From an uncultured Gammaproteobacteria bacterium (GTDB lineage: Bacteria; Pseudomonadota; Gammaproteobacteria; Steroidobacterales; Woeseiaceae), in contig CAWUHY010000001.1 in assembly GCA_963922215.1 (NCBI GenBank), forward strand, positions 1,246 through 65,245: a stretch of DNA of 64,000 nucleotides, given 5' to 3'. The translations under genes and the position numbers were made by a program. The notes under the pieces are model-generated. The model was not told where the DNA came from, made no database searches, and saw nothing but the letters and a program-made list of their open reading frames with translations. Positions within the stretch are counted from its first letter, which is position 1. Every line of letters starts with the position of its first letter. Shown here one piece after another: positions 18,012 through 27,164 of this stretch.

Positions 18012-20231
18012 ATGTTGATTCTCAGACTGGCACTGCCCGCACTGGCTGCCACCTTTTTCGCTGTCTCTGCCCTGCCGGCTTCCGCACAGGATGCCGACGG
18101 AGCCGACGACGCCTCACTGGAAGAAATCATCGTCACGGCACGCCGCCGCGAGGAATCGATCCAGGAAGCGCCATACGCCGTCACCGCCTTTAATGCCGAA
18201 GCCGTCCAGGATGCCGGGATTGACCGCGTCGAAGACTTCGTCGCGCTGACCTCGAACGTCACGCTGGCGACGTCGCAGGGCATTGGCACGAGCTTCCTGA
18301 GTATCCGCGGGCTCACCCAGGTTCGAAACGGCGAAGCACCTGTCGCGACGATCGTCGACGGTGTCCTGCAGTTCAGCGGCATCCAGTTCCGCCAGGAACT
18401 CTTTGATATCGACAGCATCCAGGTCGTCAAGGGTCCGCAGGGCGCAATCTACGGACGCAACGCGACCGGCGGCGCGATCATCATCAACACGAAGCGTCCC
18501 GGCGAAGAAACCGAAGGCTATTTGTCTGCCGGTGTCGGCAACGGCGACGAGTACTCGCTCGAAGGCTCGATCGGCGGGTCAATAGGTGACGGTCTCTACG
18601 GACAAGTCTCCGCGCGCTACATTGATCGCGAAGGCTACCTCGACAACATCACCCGCAACGAGAAGGCCGACCGTTTCGAAGACCTCACCCTCCGCGGCCG
18701 ACTGATCTGGGAAGCCTCCGACGCGGTCAGCGTCGATCTTCGCGGCAGCCTCCAGGCGCACAAGGGCCGCGGCATCGGCTTCCAGTACCAGGCTGTCGAC
18801 CTCGCCGCCGACGGCATCACCGCGATTGGCTTCGGAACGGACACGGGTCCGATCGATGCCAATAATGTGCTCGAAGTTCGCGACAACAACGTCGATCTCG
18901 GGGAACGCGACATGACCGACTTCTCCGTCAAGGTCGACTGGGAGACAGATGCGGGTACGTTCACATCCACAACGTCCTACACGACAATCGAAGAGTGGGC
19001 CGACTCTGACCAATTCCCCTACACCAACGCTCGCAGTTCGCCCGCGCTCTTCGGTTTCGACGGAACGCAGACCGGCTGGTTTGACCTGAGCGCGTTAAGC
19101 CAGGAACTCCGCTTCACTTCACCCTCGGAGCAGCGCGTGCGCTGGGAAATTGGTGCCTATTACCTCGACTGGGACCGCTTCGTCTCGCTATCCACCGGTG
19201 TCGACACGGGGGCAGGCATCATCCGTCTTGAGCGCCAGCCGACGACGGATCCCGCGAACCCGACGACCTCCTTCCTTGCGGACGATAACGACAACACGGC
19301 CAAGGCCATCTTCGGCCAAGTCAACATCGACCTCACCGACATGGTCGAGCTGTCAATCGCCGCGCGCTACGACGAAGAAGAGCGTGTGCAGAACGTCTCG
19401 CCCCTGCAGTTCCCCGCGGGACAGCCGGGCGCGCGCAATGAAGCAACCTTCGACAAGCTGCAGCCCAAGATCACGCTGCGCTATCAGCCCAGCGATACCG
19501 CCAACTGGTATCTGACCTGGGGCGAAGGCTTCCGCAGCGGGCAGTTCAACCAGAACGGCATCGCGGCAGTTGCAGCCGGCGCTGGCATCAACGGTGTCTC
19601 GGACATCGCAGACCAGGAAGACTCGGAGTCCATCGAAGTCGGCTTCAAAGGCCAGTTCGCGGATGACCGCCTGCGCCTCAGCGCGTCGATCTTCTCGACC
19701 GACGTCGAAGGCCAGCAGTTTTTCTCCTTCATCGGTGCGATCAGCGCACAGATACTGACGAACATCGACCAGGTCGATCTGCAGGGTGGCGAGATCGATC
19801 TCGTCTACCGCGCCACAGAGTACCTCGACTTGTTCGCGTCCTACGGCTACACCGACTCCGAGATCAAGGCGTATAACGTCGACCCGGCCGCGGTTGGCAA
19901 CAAGGCGCCCTACATCGCCGAAAACACGATCAACCTGGGCTTCCAGTGGGAGTACCCCTGGGATATCGGCGATACAAACCTGTTCACGCGCGTCGACTTT
20001 GAACGTCGTGGCGAGCAGTACTGGGATGTCCTGAACTCAACGGCAAGAGACGAGCTGGATCTTCTAAATCTGCGCTTCGGTGTCGAAGATCGCGAGGGCC
20101 AGTGGTCCGCCATCGCCTCTGTCGACAATGCGACCGACGAGCTCTACAACTCCGAATGGGTTGCGGGCGGCTTCTCGGCGCGCGCTCCCGGACGGATCTG
20201 GCGCGCAGAATTCCGCTACAACTTCTACTAG
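18012..20231 (+). CDS. TonB-dependent outer-membrane receptor
   Basis: 739 aa. Signal peptide, plug domain (EEIIVTARRREESIQEAPYAVTAF ... IDSIQVVKGPQGAIYGRNATGGAIII), beta-barrel, and an aromatic C-terminal residue (RYNFY). Confidence 0.93.
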   Translation: MLILRLALPALAATFFAVSALPASAQDADGADDASLEEIIVTARRREESIQEAPYAVTAFNAEAVQDAGIDRVEDFVALTSNVTLATSQGIGTSFLSIRGLTQVRNGEAPVATIVDGVLQFSGIQFRQELFDIDSIQVVKGPQGAIYGRNATGGAIIINTKRPGEETEGYLSAGVGNGDEYSLEGSIGGSIGDGLYGQVSARYIDREGYLDNITRNEKADRFEDLTLRGRLIWEASDAVSVDLRGSLQAHKGRGIGFQYQAVDLAADGITAIGFGTDTGPIDANNVLEVRDNNVDLGERDMTDFSVKVDWETDAGTFTSTTSYTTIEEWADSDQFPYTNARSSPALFGFDGTQTGWFDLSALSQELRFTSPSEQRVRWEIGAYYLDWDRFVSLSTGVDTGAGIIRLERQPTTDPANPTTSFLADDNDNTAKAIFGQVNIDLTDMVELSIAARYDEEERVQNVSPLQFPAGQPGARNEATFDKLQPKITLRYQPSDTANWYLTWGEGFRSGQFNQNGIAAVAAGAGINGVSDIADQEDSESIEVGFKGQFADDRLRLSASIFSTDVEGQQFFSFIGAISAQILTNIDQVDLQGGEIDLVYRATEYLDLFASYGYTDSEIKAYNVDPAAVGNKAPYIAENTINLGFQWEYPWDIGDTNLFTRVDFERRGEQYWDVLNSTARDELDLLNLRFGVEDREGQWSAIASVDNATDELYNSEWVAGGFSARAPGRIWRAEFRYNFY

Positions 20232-20240
20232 GCGCCGACT

Positions 20241-22265
20241 ATGACTCATTATCACGTCTCTGCAGATATTGGCGGCACGTTCACGGACATCGTCATTCAG
20301 CCGTCCGACGCGCCGGTCTACGTTGGCAAGGTGCCAACAACACCTGAAAACCCAGCGAAGGGCGTCATCAACGGCATCAACCAGCTCGTGCCGGACCTTT
20401 CGGACGTCGAGTTCTTCGTCCACGGCACGACGGTCGGGTTGAACGCCTTCCTCGAACGACGCGGCGAACGCGTGCTGCTCGTAACGACGGCCGGTGCTCG
20501 CGACAGCTACACGATCGCCCGCGGCAATCGCCACACGCTCTATGAACTACGATACTCAAAGCCCGAGCAGCTCGTTCCCCGACGGGACGTCCACGAAGTA
20601 CGCGGACGACTTGCGTGGGACGGCGAGGTACTCGAACCGCTGAACCGCGACGACTTTCAGCCGATCATCGAAAAGGTGAAGGCAGAGGGCATCAATGCGG
20701 TTGCGGTCTGCCTGCTGCACGCCTACGCCTATCCGGAGCACGAGCTCGAGGCGCGCAAGATTCTGAAAGAAGCGCTGCCCGGTGTTTCGATCTCACTGTC
20801 GCACGAGGTGGCTCGCGAGTGGCGCGAGTACGAACGCGCGTCGTCGGCGGTAATGAATGCCTACGTCGCACCGGTCGTCGAGCGCTACTTGAGCAGTCTG
20901 CAAGAGCAGCTCGTCGACATGGAGATGCAGGCACCGGTGCACATCATGCAGTCCAGCGGCGGCGTAACGACGGCGGAAAGCGCGCGCGAGAAACCGGTCT
21001 TCACGCTGCTCTCCGGTCCGGTCGGCGGAACGATCGCCGGGACGTCGCTCGCGGAGTCCGCGAACCGACCGAACCTCCTTTGCGTCGACATGGGCGGCAC
21101 TTCTTTCGACTTGAGTCTCGTCATTGACGGCAAGGCCAGCACAACGCTCGAAACAGAGCTCGAAGGCCTTCCGCTGCTCATGTCGATCGTCGATATCCAG
21201 ACGATCGGAACCGGCGGCGGATCGATTGCCTGGATGGACAACGGCGCGATGCGCGTCGGGCCACACAGCGCGGGATCGATTCCCGGACCGGCCTGCTACG
21301 GCCGTGGTGGAACCGAGCCGACGGTGACAGACGCAAACCTCTTTCTCGGGCGACTCGGCGCCAAGTCGCTACTCGGCGGCGACATGTCACTCGACGAAGA
21401 CGCGGCCAGGAAGGCGATGGAGAAACTCGCGCCCGAAGCAAACCTTGATCCGACTGCATTCGCCGAGGGCATCCTGGCAATCTCCAATGCGGCGATGGCC
21501 GATGCGATGCGCACGATCACCGTCAGCCAGGGCGTCGACCCGCGTGAGTTCACACTAGTCGCCTTTGGCGGTGCCGGACCGATGGCGGCGGCATTCCTCG
21601 CACAAGAACTCGACATCCGTGAAGTCCTGATCCCGCGCTTCCCCGGCACATTCTCCGCCTGGGGCATGCTGCAGACTGATTTACGTCACGACTTTACGAT
21701 GAGCTTCTTCCGCGCGGCAGACGGTGTCGACGTCGATGAACTGGATGCGGCCTACAAGGATCTTGAGGCGGAGGGTAAGGAATCGGTCCTCAAGGAAGGC
21801 ATTGCCGAGAAGGACATTTCCTACCAGCGTTCCGCCGACATGCGTTACACGGGACAGGAATACACGATCAATGTGGCTGTCCCGTCGACGGTAGACATGG
21901 ATGAAGTCATCAAGAACTTCCACGAGGCGCATCAGCGCCGCTACGGTCACTCCAGCCCCGGAACCCCGATCGAGTTCGTCAACATCCGTGTTGCCGCGAT
22001 CGGAACGGTCGGCAAGGTCGCTGCGTCAGAAAAAGTTCAGGACAAGCAGAGTGACGATGCGGTACTCGGTGAACGCGAGGCGATCTTCGACGGCAAGTCG
22101 CATAAGACACCCGTTGTCGCAAGAGACCGGCTTGGCACGAAAGACCATATCGACGGACCGGTCATCATCGAGGAACAAAGTGCAACGACGGTGGTGCCGC
22201 CCGGCTGGAAGGTTTCGGTCGACGATAAAGGCAACGTCCTGTTGAAGCGGGAGGCAAACGCATGA
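20241..22265 (+). CDS. hyuA: Hydantoinase/oxoprolinase family protein, A subunit (HyuA-like)
   Basis: 674 aa. N-terminal DIGGTFTD and central DMGGTSFD motifs of the hydantoinase_A/ASKHA fold. Starts 10 nt after the receptor stop. Confidence 0.9.
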   Translation: MTHYHVSADIGGTFTDIVIQPSDAPVYVGKVPTTPENPAKGVINGINQLVPDLSDVEFFVHGTTVGLNAFLERRGERVLLVTTAGARDSYTIARGNRHTLYELRYSKPEQLVPRRDVHEVRGRLAWDGEVLEPLNRDDFQPIIEKVKAEGINAVAVCLLHAYAYPEHELEARKILKEALPGVSISLSHEVAREWREYERASSAVMNAYVAPVVERYLSSLQEQLVDMEMQAPVHIMQSSGGVTTAESAREKPVFTLLSGPVGGTIAGTSLAESANRPNLLCVDMGGTSFDLSLVIDGKASTTLETELEGLPLLMSIVDIQTIGTGGGSIAWMDNGAMRVGPHSAGSIPGPACYGRGGTEPTVTDANLFLGRLGAKSLLGGDMSLDEDAARKAMEKLAPEANLDPTAFAEGILAISNAAMADAMRTITVSQGVDPREFTLVAFGGAGPMAAAFLAQELDIREVLIPRFPGTFSAWGMLQTDLRHDFTMSFFRAADGVDVDELDAAYKDLEAEGKESVLKEGIAEKDISYQRSADMRYTGQEYTINVAVPSTVDMDEVIKNFHEAHQRRYGHSSPGTPIEFVNIRVAAIGTVGKVAASEKVQDKQSDDAVLGEREAIFDGKSHKTPVVARDRLGTKDHIDGPVIIEEQSATTVVPPGWKVSVDDKGNVLLKREANA

Positions 22266-23995
22266 GCAAGGTTGATGCAATCACGACAGAGATTATTCGC
22301 AACGCGTTTATCTCGATCGCCAACGACATGAATGCAACGCTGATCCGCAGCGCATTCACGCCGGTTATCTACGAAGGCAAGGACTGTTCGGTCGCGTTGA
22401 TCGATGAAAACGGCGACGTCCTCGGGCAGTCACTGGGACTCCCGCTTTTCCTCGGCAATCTCGAGATTTGCGTGAAGCTGATCGCCGAAGAACACGGCTG
22501 GGACTACTTCCAGGACGGCGATGTGTTCTACATGAACGATTCCTACATGACCGGTACGCACCTGAATGACTCGACGATCATCATGCCGATCTTCTGGGAG
22601 GGCGAGCGAGTCGGCTTTGCGGCCTCGCGGGCGCACTGGCTGGACGTGGGTGCGAAAGATCCCGGCACGCCGGTCGACTCGCATGAGATCTACCAGGAGG
22701 GCACACGCTGGGGTCCGACGCGACTCTACGATGCCGGCAAACCGCGCTGGGACGTCATCGACCTGCTGCGGCGTAATAGCCGCTTCGGTGAGGCAACGAT
22801 CGGCGACATGAACGCCCAGATTGCAGCCGGACGCACCGGCGAGCAACGACTGCGTGCGCTGTTCGATCGCTTCGGAAAAGATGCGATCCGCGCAGCGCGG
22901 GATGCGATCTTCGAGCAGACCGAAAGCCGCGAGCGCGAAGCGGTCGCGGCACTGCCCGACGGCGAGTACGAGGCCGAAGGTTTTCTCGACAACGACGGTC
23001 TCGGCAGCGATCCGCTGCCGGTGAAGCTTACCGTCCGGAAAAAGGGCAACTCGATGACGGTCGACCTCACAGGGTCGGCAGCGCAGGCGAGGGGCCCGGT
23101 CAATTGCGGCATGACGCAGACGATCGCCGCGGCACGCGTGGCTTACAAGCTGCTGATCTGTTCCGACGTTTCGCCAAACGGCGGTTCGTTCCGCGCGCTG
23201 GAGGTGACGGCACCAGACAAGACGATCTTCTCCGCGCAGGAGCCGGCCGCTTGCGGCTGGTATTTCTCCTCGCTCGGACTCTTAATCGATCTCTTGATCA
23301 AGGCGCTCGCTCCGGTCATGCCAGACAAAGCAGCCGGCGCGCACTACGGCGACTCGATGGTCATCACGATCGCCGGAGCCGATCCGCGCAACAACGATGA
23401 GTTCTACCTGATGATCGAGCCGACGACAGGAGGCTGGGGTGCATTCGACGGCGGAGACGGCGCGAACTCGCTGATCAACAACGTCAACGGAAGCTTTAAG
23501 GATCTGCCGATCGAAGTCTTCGAGAGCAAGTACCCGCTGCGCATCCTCGACTATGGCGTACGCCAGGACTCCGGCGGCGCCGGCAAGTATCGGGGTGGCA
23601 ACGGTACCTACCGGGAATACGAAGTGCTCGCCGACTCCGACCTTTTCCTCTGGTTTGAACGCTCCGAAACGACAGGCTGGGGCATCTTCGGCGGGGAAGA
23701 CGGTGCGCCACCGAACGTCATGGTCAATCGTCCCGACGATGAGACGCGCGAGTACCTGAAAGTGAACGGCATCAAGGTTGGCAAGGGCACCGTGATCAAA
23801 TCACTGACCGGCGGTGGCGGCGGTTACGGACTCGCCGTCGAGCGCGACCCGGAAGCCGTCCGCCAGGATGCAATCGACGGCTACGTGTCGATCGACCGTG
23901 CTGCGGAAGCCTACGGCGTCGTATTGACCGACGCACTCGAAGTCGACGAGACAGCAACCAGCAAACGGCGCGAGGCGATGCAAGCCAGCGCGTGA
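22262..23995 (+). CDS. hyuB: Hydantoinase B/oxoprolinase family protein (HyuB-like)
   Basis: 577 aa. Hydantoinase_B blocks (IRSAFTPVIYEGKDCSVAL, NDSYMTGTHLND, GGWGA, GGGGYG). 4-nt overlap with hyuA. Confidence 0.9.
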   Translation: MSKVDAITTEIIRNAFISIANDMNATLIRSAFTPVIYEGKDCSVALIDENGDVLGQSLGLPLFLGNLEICVKLIAEEHGWDYFQDGDVFYMNDSYMTGTHLNDSTIIMPIFWEGERVGFAASRAHWLDVGAKDPGTPVDSHEIYQEGTRWGPTRLYDAGKPRWDVIDLLRRNSRFGEATIGDMNAQIAAGRTGEQRLRALFDRFGKDAIRAARDAIFEQTESREREAVAALPDGEYEAEGFLDNDGLGSDPLPVKLTVRKKGNSMTVDLTGSAAQARGPVNCGMTQTIAAARVAYKLLICSDVSPNGGSFRALEVTAPDKTIFSAQEPAACGWYFSSLGLLIDLLIKALAPVMPDKAAGAHYGDSMVITIAGADPRNNDEFYLMIEPTTGGWGAFDGGDGANSLINNVNGSFKDLPIEVFESKYPLRILDYGVRQDSGGAGKYRGGNGTYREYEVLADSDLFLWFERSETTGWGIFGGEDGAPPNVMVNRPDDETREYLKVNGIKVGKGTVIKSLTGGGGGYGLAVERDPEAVRQDAIDGYVSIDRAAEAYGVVLTDALEVDETATSKRREAMQASA

Positions 23996-24026
23996 TGAAC
24001 GACGACGGCCGGAGGGGGAGACCGAC

Positions 24027-25034
24027 ATGCACCGAGCCTGGGTATTACACGAGTACAGCGGCTTCGAGGGCTTGAGTCTCGAAGAGTTTCCAGACGAAGA
24101 ACCGGGTCCGGGCGAGGTTCGCCTGCGCGTCGAGGCCTTCGCACTCAACTGGGGCGACATGGACTTGATGGAGGATCGCTACTCCTACAGTTTCTCGAGC
24201 TTCCCTGCGCGTATTGGAATGGAGGCCGCCGGCATTGTTGACGCGATCGGACCCGACGTTGAGGGGATCGAGCTCGGCGAGCGTTACAGCACGCTGCCGC
24301 ATTTCTACGACAATCGCGGAGCGAGCGGCGAGTCGCTGGTCGTCAAGGCACGCTATCTCACCAAATCGCCGAAGAGTTTGAGCGCCGTCGAAAGCGCGAG
24401 CATCCTGATGCAGTACCTGACGGCTTACTACCCGGTCGTCGAGCTCGCGAAGGCGGGACCGGGACGTCACATCCTCGTGACCGCGGCGACGAGCACGGCG
24501 GGCACAGCCGCCCTCGAAATCGGTCGGCTGTTCGATGCGACGATGATCGGAACGACACGTTTCGACTACAACCGCGAGTACCTCGAGAAGGCCGGTGCCG
24601 ATCACGTCGTGCTGACTGACGACTCAAACGAAGGTCTCGCCGATGAACTGAAGCGCATCACCGACGGCCACGGCATCGATGCGGCGTATGACGCAATTGG
24701 CGGCGGGTTGATGAATCACTACGTCGGCGCGCTGGCGAAGAATGCACGTATCTTTTTTTACGGCATGCTCGACAGCACCTTCCCCGAGATTCCCTATCAC
24801 GCGCTCTTCCAGTCGAACGCGCTGTTCCAGGCGTATTCGGTGTTCAACTATCTCGAAGACGACGAGATGTGCGCCAAAGGGATCAAGTGGCTCAACGAGG
24901 CGCTGGAAGCAGGACAGATTCGCCCGACAATCGATCGTGTTTACCCGCTCGAGGAATACCAGGAAGCGTGCCGGTACATGCGCCAGCCACGCAAATCACA
25001 CGGGAAGGTCGTGATTGAAACGGGTGTGAGTTAG
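24027..25034 (+). CDS. Medium-chain dehydrogenase/reductase, NADPH:quinone oxidoreductase-like
   Basis: 335 aa. ADH_N/ADH_zinc_N layout (GEVRLRVEAFALNWGD ... ILVTAATSTAGTAALEI ... HGKVVI). Confidence 0.8.
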   Translation: MHRAWVLHEYSGFEGLSLEEFPDEEPGPGEVRLRVEAFALNWGDMDLMEDRYSYSFSSFPARIGMEAAGIVDAIGPDVEGIELGERYSTLPHFYDNRGASGESLVVKARYLTKSPKSLSAVESASILMQYLTAYYPVVELAKAGPGRHILVTAATSTAGTAALEIGRLFDATMIGTTRFDYNREYLEKAGADHVVLTDDSNEGLADELKRITDGHGIDAAYDAIGGGLMNHYVGALAKNARIFFYGMLDSTFPEIPYHALFQSNALFQAYSVFNYLEDDEMCAKGIKWLNEALEAGQIRPTIDRVYPLEEYQEACRYMRQPRKSHGKVVIETGVS

Positions 25035-25068
25035 CTGCTCGGACTGCCGATGATTCGGCAAAAAACCT

Positions 25069-26358
25069 TCAGCCTTCCACGTGAACAACCATCGGCTCTT
25101 CGATAGATTCCTGCAGCTTTAAAAGCCGCGCGAGCAGCGCATCAGTCACCGTCTGGCCGCGGGCCAGGATCAATACATCATTCTCGGTGAAGAGGTCGCG
25201 GGACATGGTCATGCCGACGCGGAGCTTGTTGAGCTCCAGCTTGAGTTCACGAGCGTCGTCAGCGCGCCGCCGTTTGTCATCAAGCCAGGCGACAAACACG
25301 TCGACGACGGCAGGATCAAACCATTTGCCCTTCTCCTCTGAGAGGTAAGAGCGCGCCTCAACGACAGTCATGCGTTCTTCGAAGATTTTCCCGTCCAAAA
25401 GGTCTGCGTACGCCTTGCACACAGCCAGTATTCGGGCGGCCAACGGAATCTCCTCGCCGGGAATCTTGTCGGGAAAGCCTCGGCCGTCAAATCGCTCGCA
25501 GTGCTGTCGTACAATGGCGGCCGCACTCGCCAATGGTTCGAGACTGACGAGCGTTGTCTCTGCAATCACCGGGTGTCGTTGGAAATTGCGCTGCGCGTTG
25601 ACGTCGAGGTCCGTGTAGGGTTCGGCGACGGCTGAGTCGGGGAGGGCAAGCTTGCCGATATCGCAAAGAAGACCTGCTTCGTAGAGAGCCTGGCACTGCG
25701 CGTCGTCTAGATGCATCAGCCCGCCCACAGCCTTCGCATCGTGAGCAACTGACAAACAGCTATCGCGGCCGTTCCGTGTATTCACCAGTCGGGAGAAAAT
25801 TTCAATCGTCGTTCGGTAGCTCGCCTGCAGGTCCTCGTGTGCCGCTGCGAGCGTCTGCCGGGCTTCTTCAATCGCACGCGTTCTGTCAGCGACCTTTTTC
25901 TCGAGGCTGTCGTTGAGCGCACGAAGCTCCTCGTTCTGTTGCGACGTCAGCGCTTCCAGCCGGGTTTTCTCCTGCGCCAAGCGTCGCGTCTCAATCGCCT
26001 GCTCGATCGACATGACGATGTCAGCATCTTGCCAGGGTTTCGTCAGATAACGAGAAATCGACCCATTGTTGATCGCATTGATCGCGGACGTCAGATCGGC
26101 ATAACCGGTCAAGAGCATACGAGTCGTCTCCGGCCACTGCTCAGAGACGTTCGTCAGGAATTCTGCGCCGTCCATTTCGGGCATGCGCATGTCGGACACC
26201 ACGACGTCGATCGGCTGCTCGCTCAGAACATCGAGCCCCTCCGCGCCGGAGTTCGCGATATGCACTTTGTGGCCGGTCGGACGAAGCAGTCGTTTTAAGG
26301 ACCGCAGCACCGGCGCCTCGTCGTCGACAAACAGAATGTGTGCCGTATCCGCACTCAT
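25069..26358 (-). CDS. Response regulator: REC domain + degenerate HD-GYP domain (HnoD-like)
   Basis: 429 aa. REC (ILFVDDE ... VVVSDMRMPEMDG ... TKPW). In the HD-GYP region the signature residues are substituted: CDIGK for HDIGK, HCERFDGRGFP for HHE..DG.GYP. Confidence 0.85.
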   Translation of the reverse strand: MSADTAHILFVDDEAPVLRSLKRLLRPTGHKVHIANSGAEGLDVLSEQPIDVVVSDMRMPEMDGAEFLTNVSEQWPETTRMLLTGYADLTSAINAINNGSISRYLTKPWQDADIVMSIEQAIETRRLAQEKTRLEALTSQQNEELRALNDSLEKKVADRTRAIEEARQTLAAAHEDLQASYRTTIEIFSRLVNTRNGRDSCLSVAHDAKAVGGLMHLDDAQCQALYEAGLLCDIGKLALPDSAVAEPYTDLDVNAQRNFQRHPVIAETTLVSLEPLASAAAIVRQHCERFDGRGFPDKIPGEEIPLAARILAVCKAYADLLDGKIFEERMTVVEARSYLSEEKGKWFDPAVVDVFVAWLDDKRRRADDARELKLELNKLRVGMTMSRDLFTENDVLILARGQTVTDALLARLLKLQESIEEPMVVHVEG

Positions 26359-27164
26359 GCGTGAGCCTCCTCGCCAAACCCTAACTCTGTCTCAAGCGCT
26401 TCGACGCGCGACGCGAGACCGATCCGGAACGCATCGGTGTCGGCAGGTTCAAGCCCGAGCAGGTCGAGAGCCGGTTGCAGCTCACCGTCGTCACATGAGG
26501 CTTCCGCGTCATGCGCATAGCCCGCACGAATCGCGACCTCGTTTGCGATTACAAGAGATGCATTCAATGGGTCTATTGACGGGTTGGAGGGATCGTGGTG
26601 GTGTTGGCGAATCGCGGAAACCAGGCAATCCGCCAGCCCCAGCAGCTCTGCAGCCTCGGCCCCAATCGCAGCGTGCAGTTCGAAGTCCGTCGACGCATCG
26701 CCACAGGCCAATATCGCTGAGACGCCGATGTCATGCAGTAGTCCTGCGACAAACGCCTGCAAGGGTTCCACTTGTCGGTGCGCCTCCGCGATCATCTGCG
26801 CCGCGATGCCCGTCGCCTGCGCGTGCCGCCATATGGAGGGATCGCCATGTCTTGGGTTGGCCATCAGCGCGCGCGACAGCTGGGTCGCAGCAAGCCGCCG
26901 CACCGTCTCCGCGCCAAGCACAACAAGAGCGCTGCGCAGCGATGCAATCGTATGCCGTTGCGAGTAAAACGCCGAGTTCGCAAGTCCGAGCACGCGTAAC
27001 GAGAACTCGGGATCGTTCGCGATGGTCGCTTCGAGCTGATGGACTGGCATCTCGCGTAAGTCCTCCTGCGCGAGACTCAGGATGGTTGGAGAAACTGACG
27101 CTGCGCCGTCAACGAATCGTGCCGCAATCGACCGCGCCCTGACGGTCGCCGCGTCACCGGTCAC
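26355..27164 (-). CDS. HDOD domain-containing signalling protein
   Basis: 269 aa. HDOD-like pattern (FSLRVLGLANSAFY ... LRSALVVLG ... HA.ATG ... AGLLHDIG). 4-nt overlaps with both neighbours. Confidence 0.8.
   Translation of the reverse strand: MTGDAATVRARSIAARFVDGAASVSPTILSLAQEDLREMPVHQLEATIANDPEFSLRVLGLANSAFYSQRHTIASLRSALVVLGAETVRRLAATQLSRALMANPRHGDPSIWRHAQATGIAAQMIAEAHRQVEPLQAFVAGLLHDIGVSAILACGDASTDFELHAAIGAEAAELLGLADCLVSAIRQHHHDPSNPSIDPLNASLVIANEVAIRAGYAHDAEASCDDGELQPALDLLGLEPADTDAFRIGLASRVEALETELGFGEEAHA

Noticed and set aside
25045-25066. Hairpin TGCCGA-TGAT-TCGGCA plus an A-run between convergent genes, considered as a bidirectional intrinsic terminator
   Set aside because: The stem is only 6 bp. 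The A-run follows the hairpin on the plus strand, and on the minus strand the T-run precedes it, so the geometry is wrong for either gene.
26183-27142. 319-aa plus-strand ORF opposite the HDOD and REC-HD-GYP genes
   Set aside because: The composition is extremely Arg/Ser/Pro-rich. It is antisense to two ORFs with clear domain signatures.
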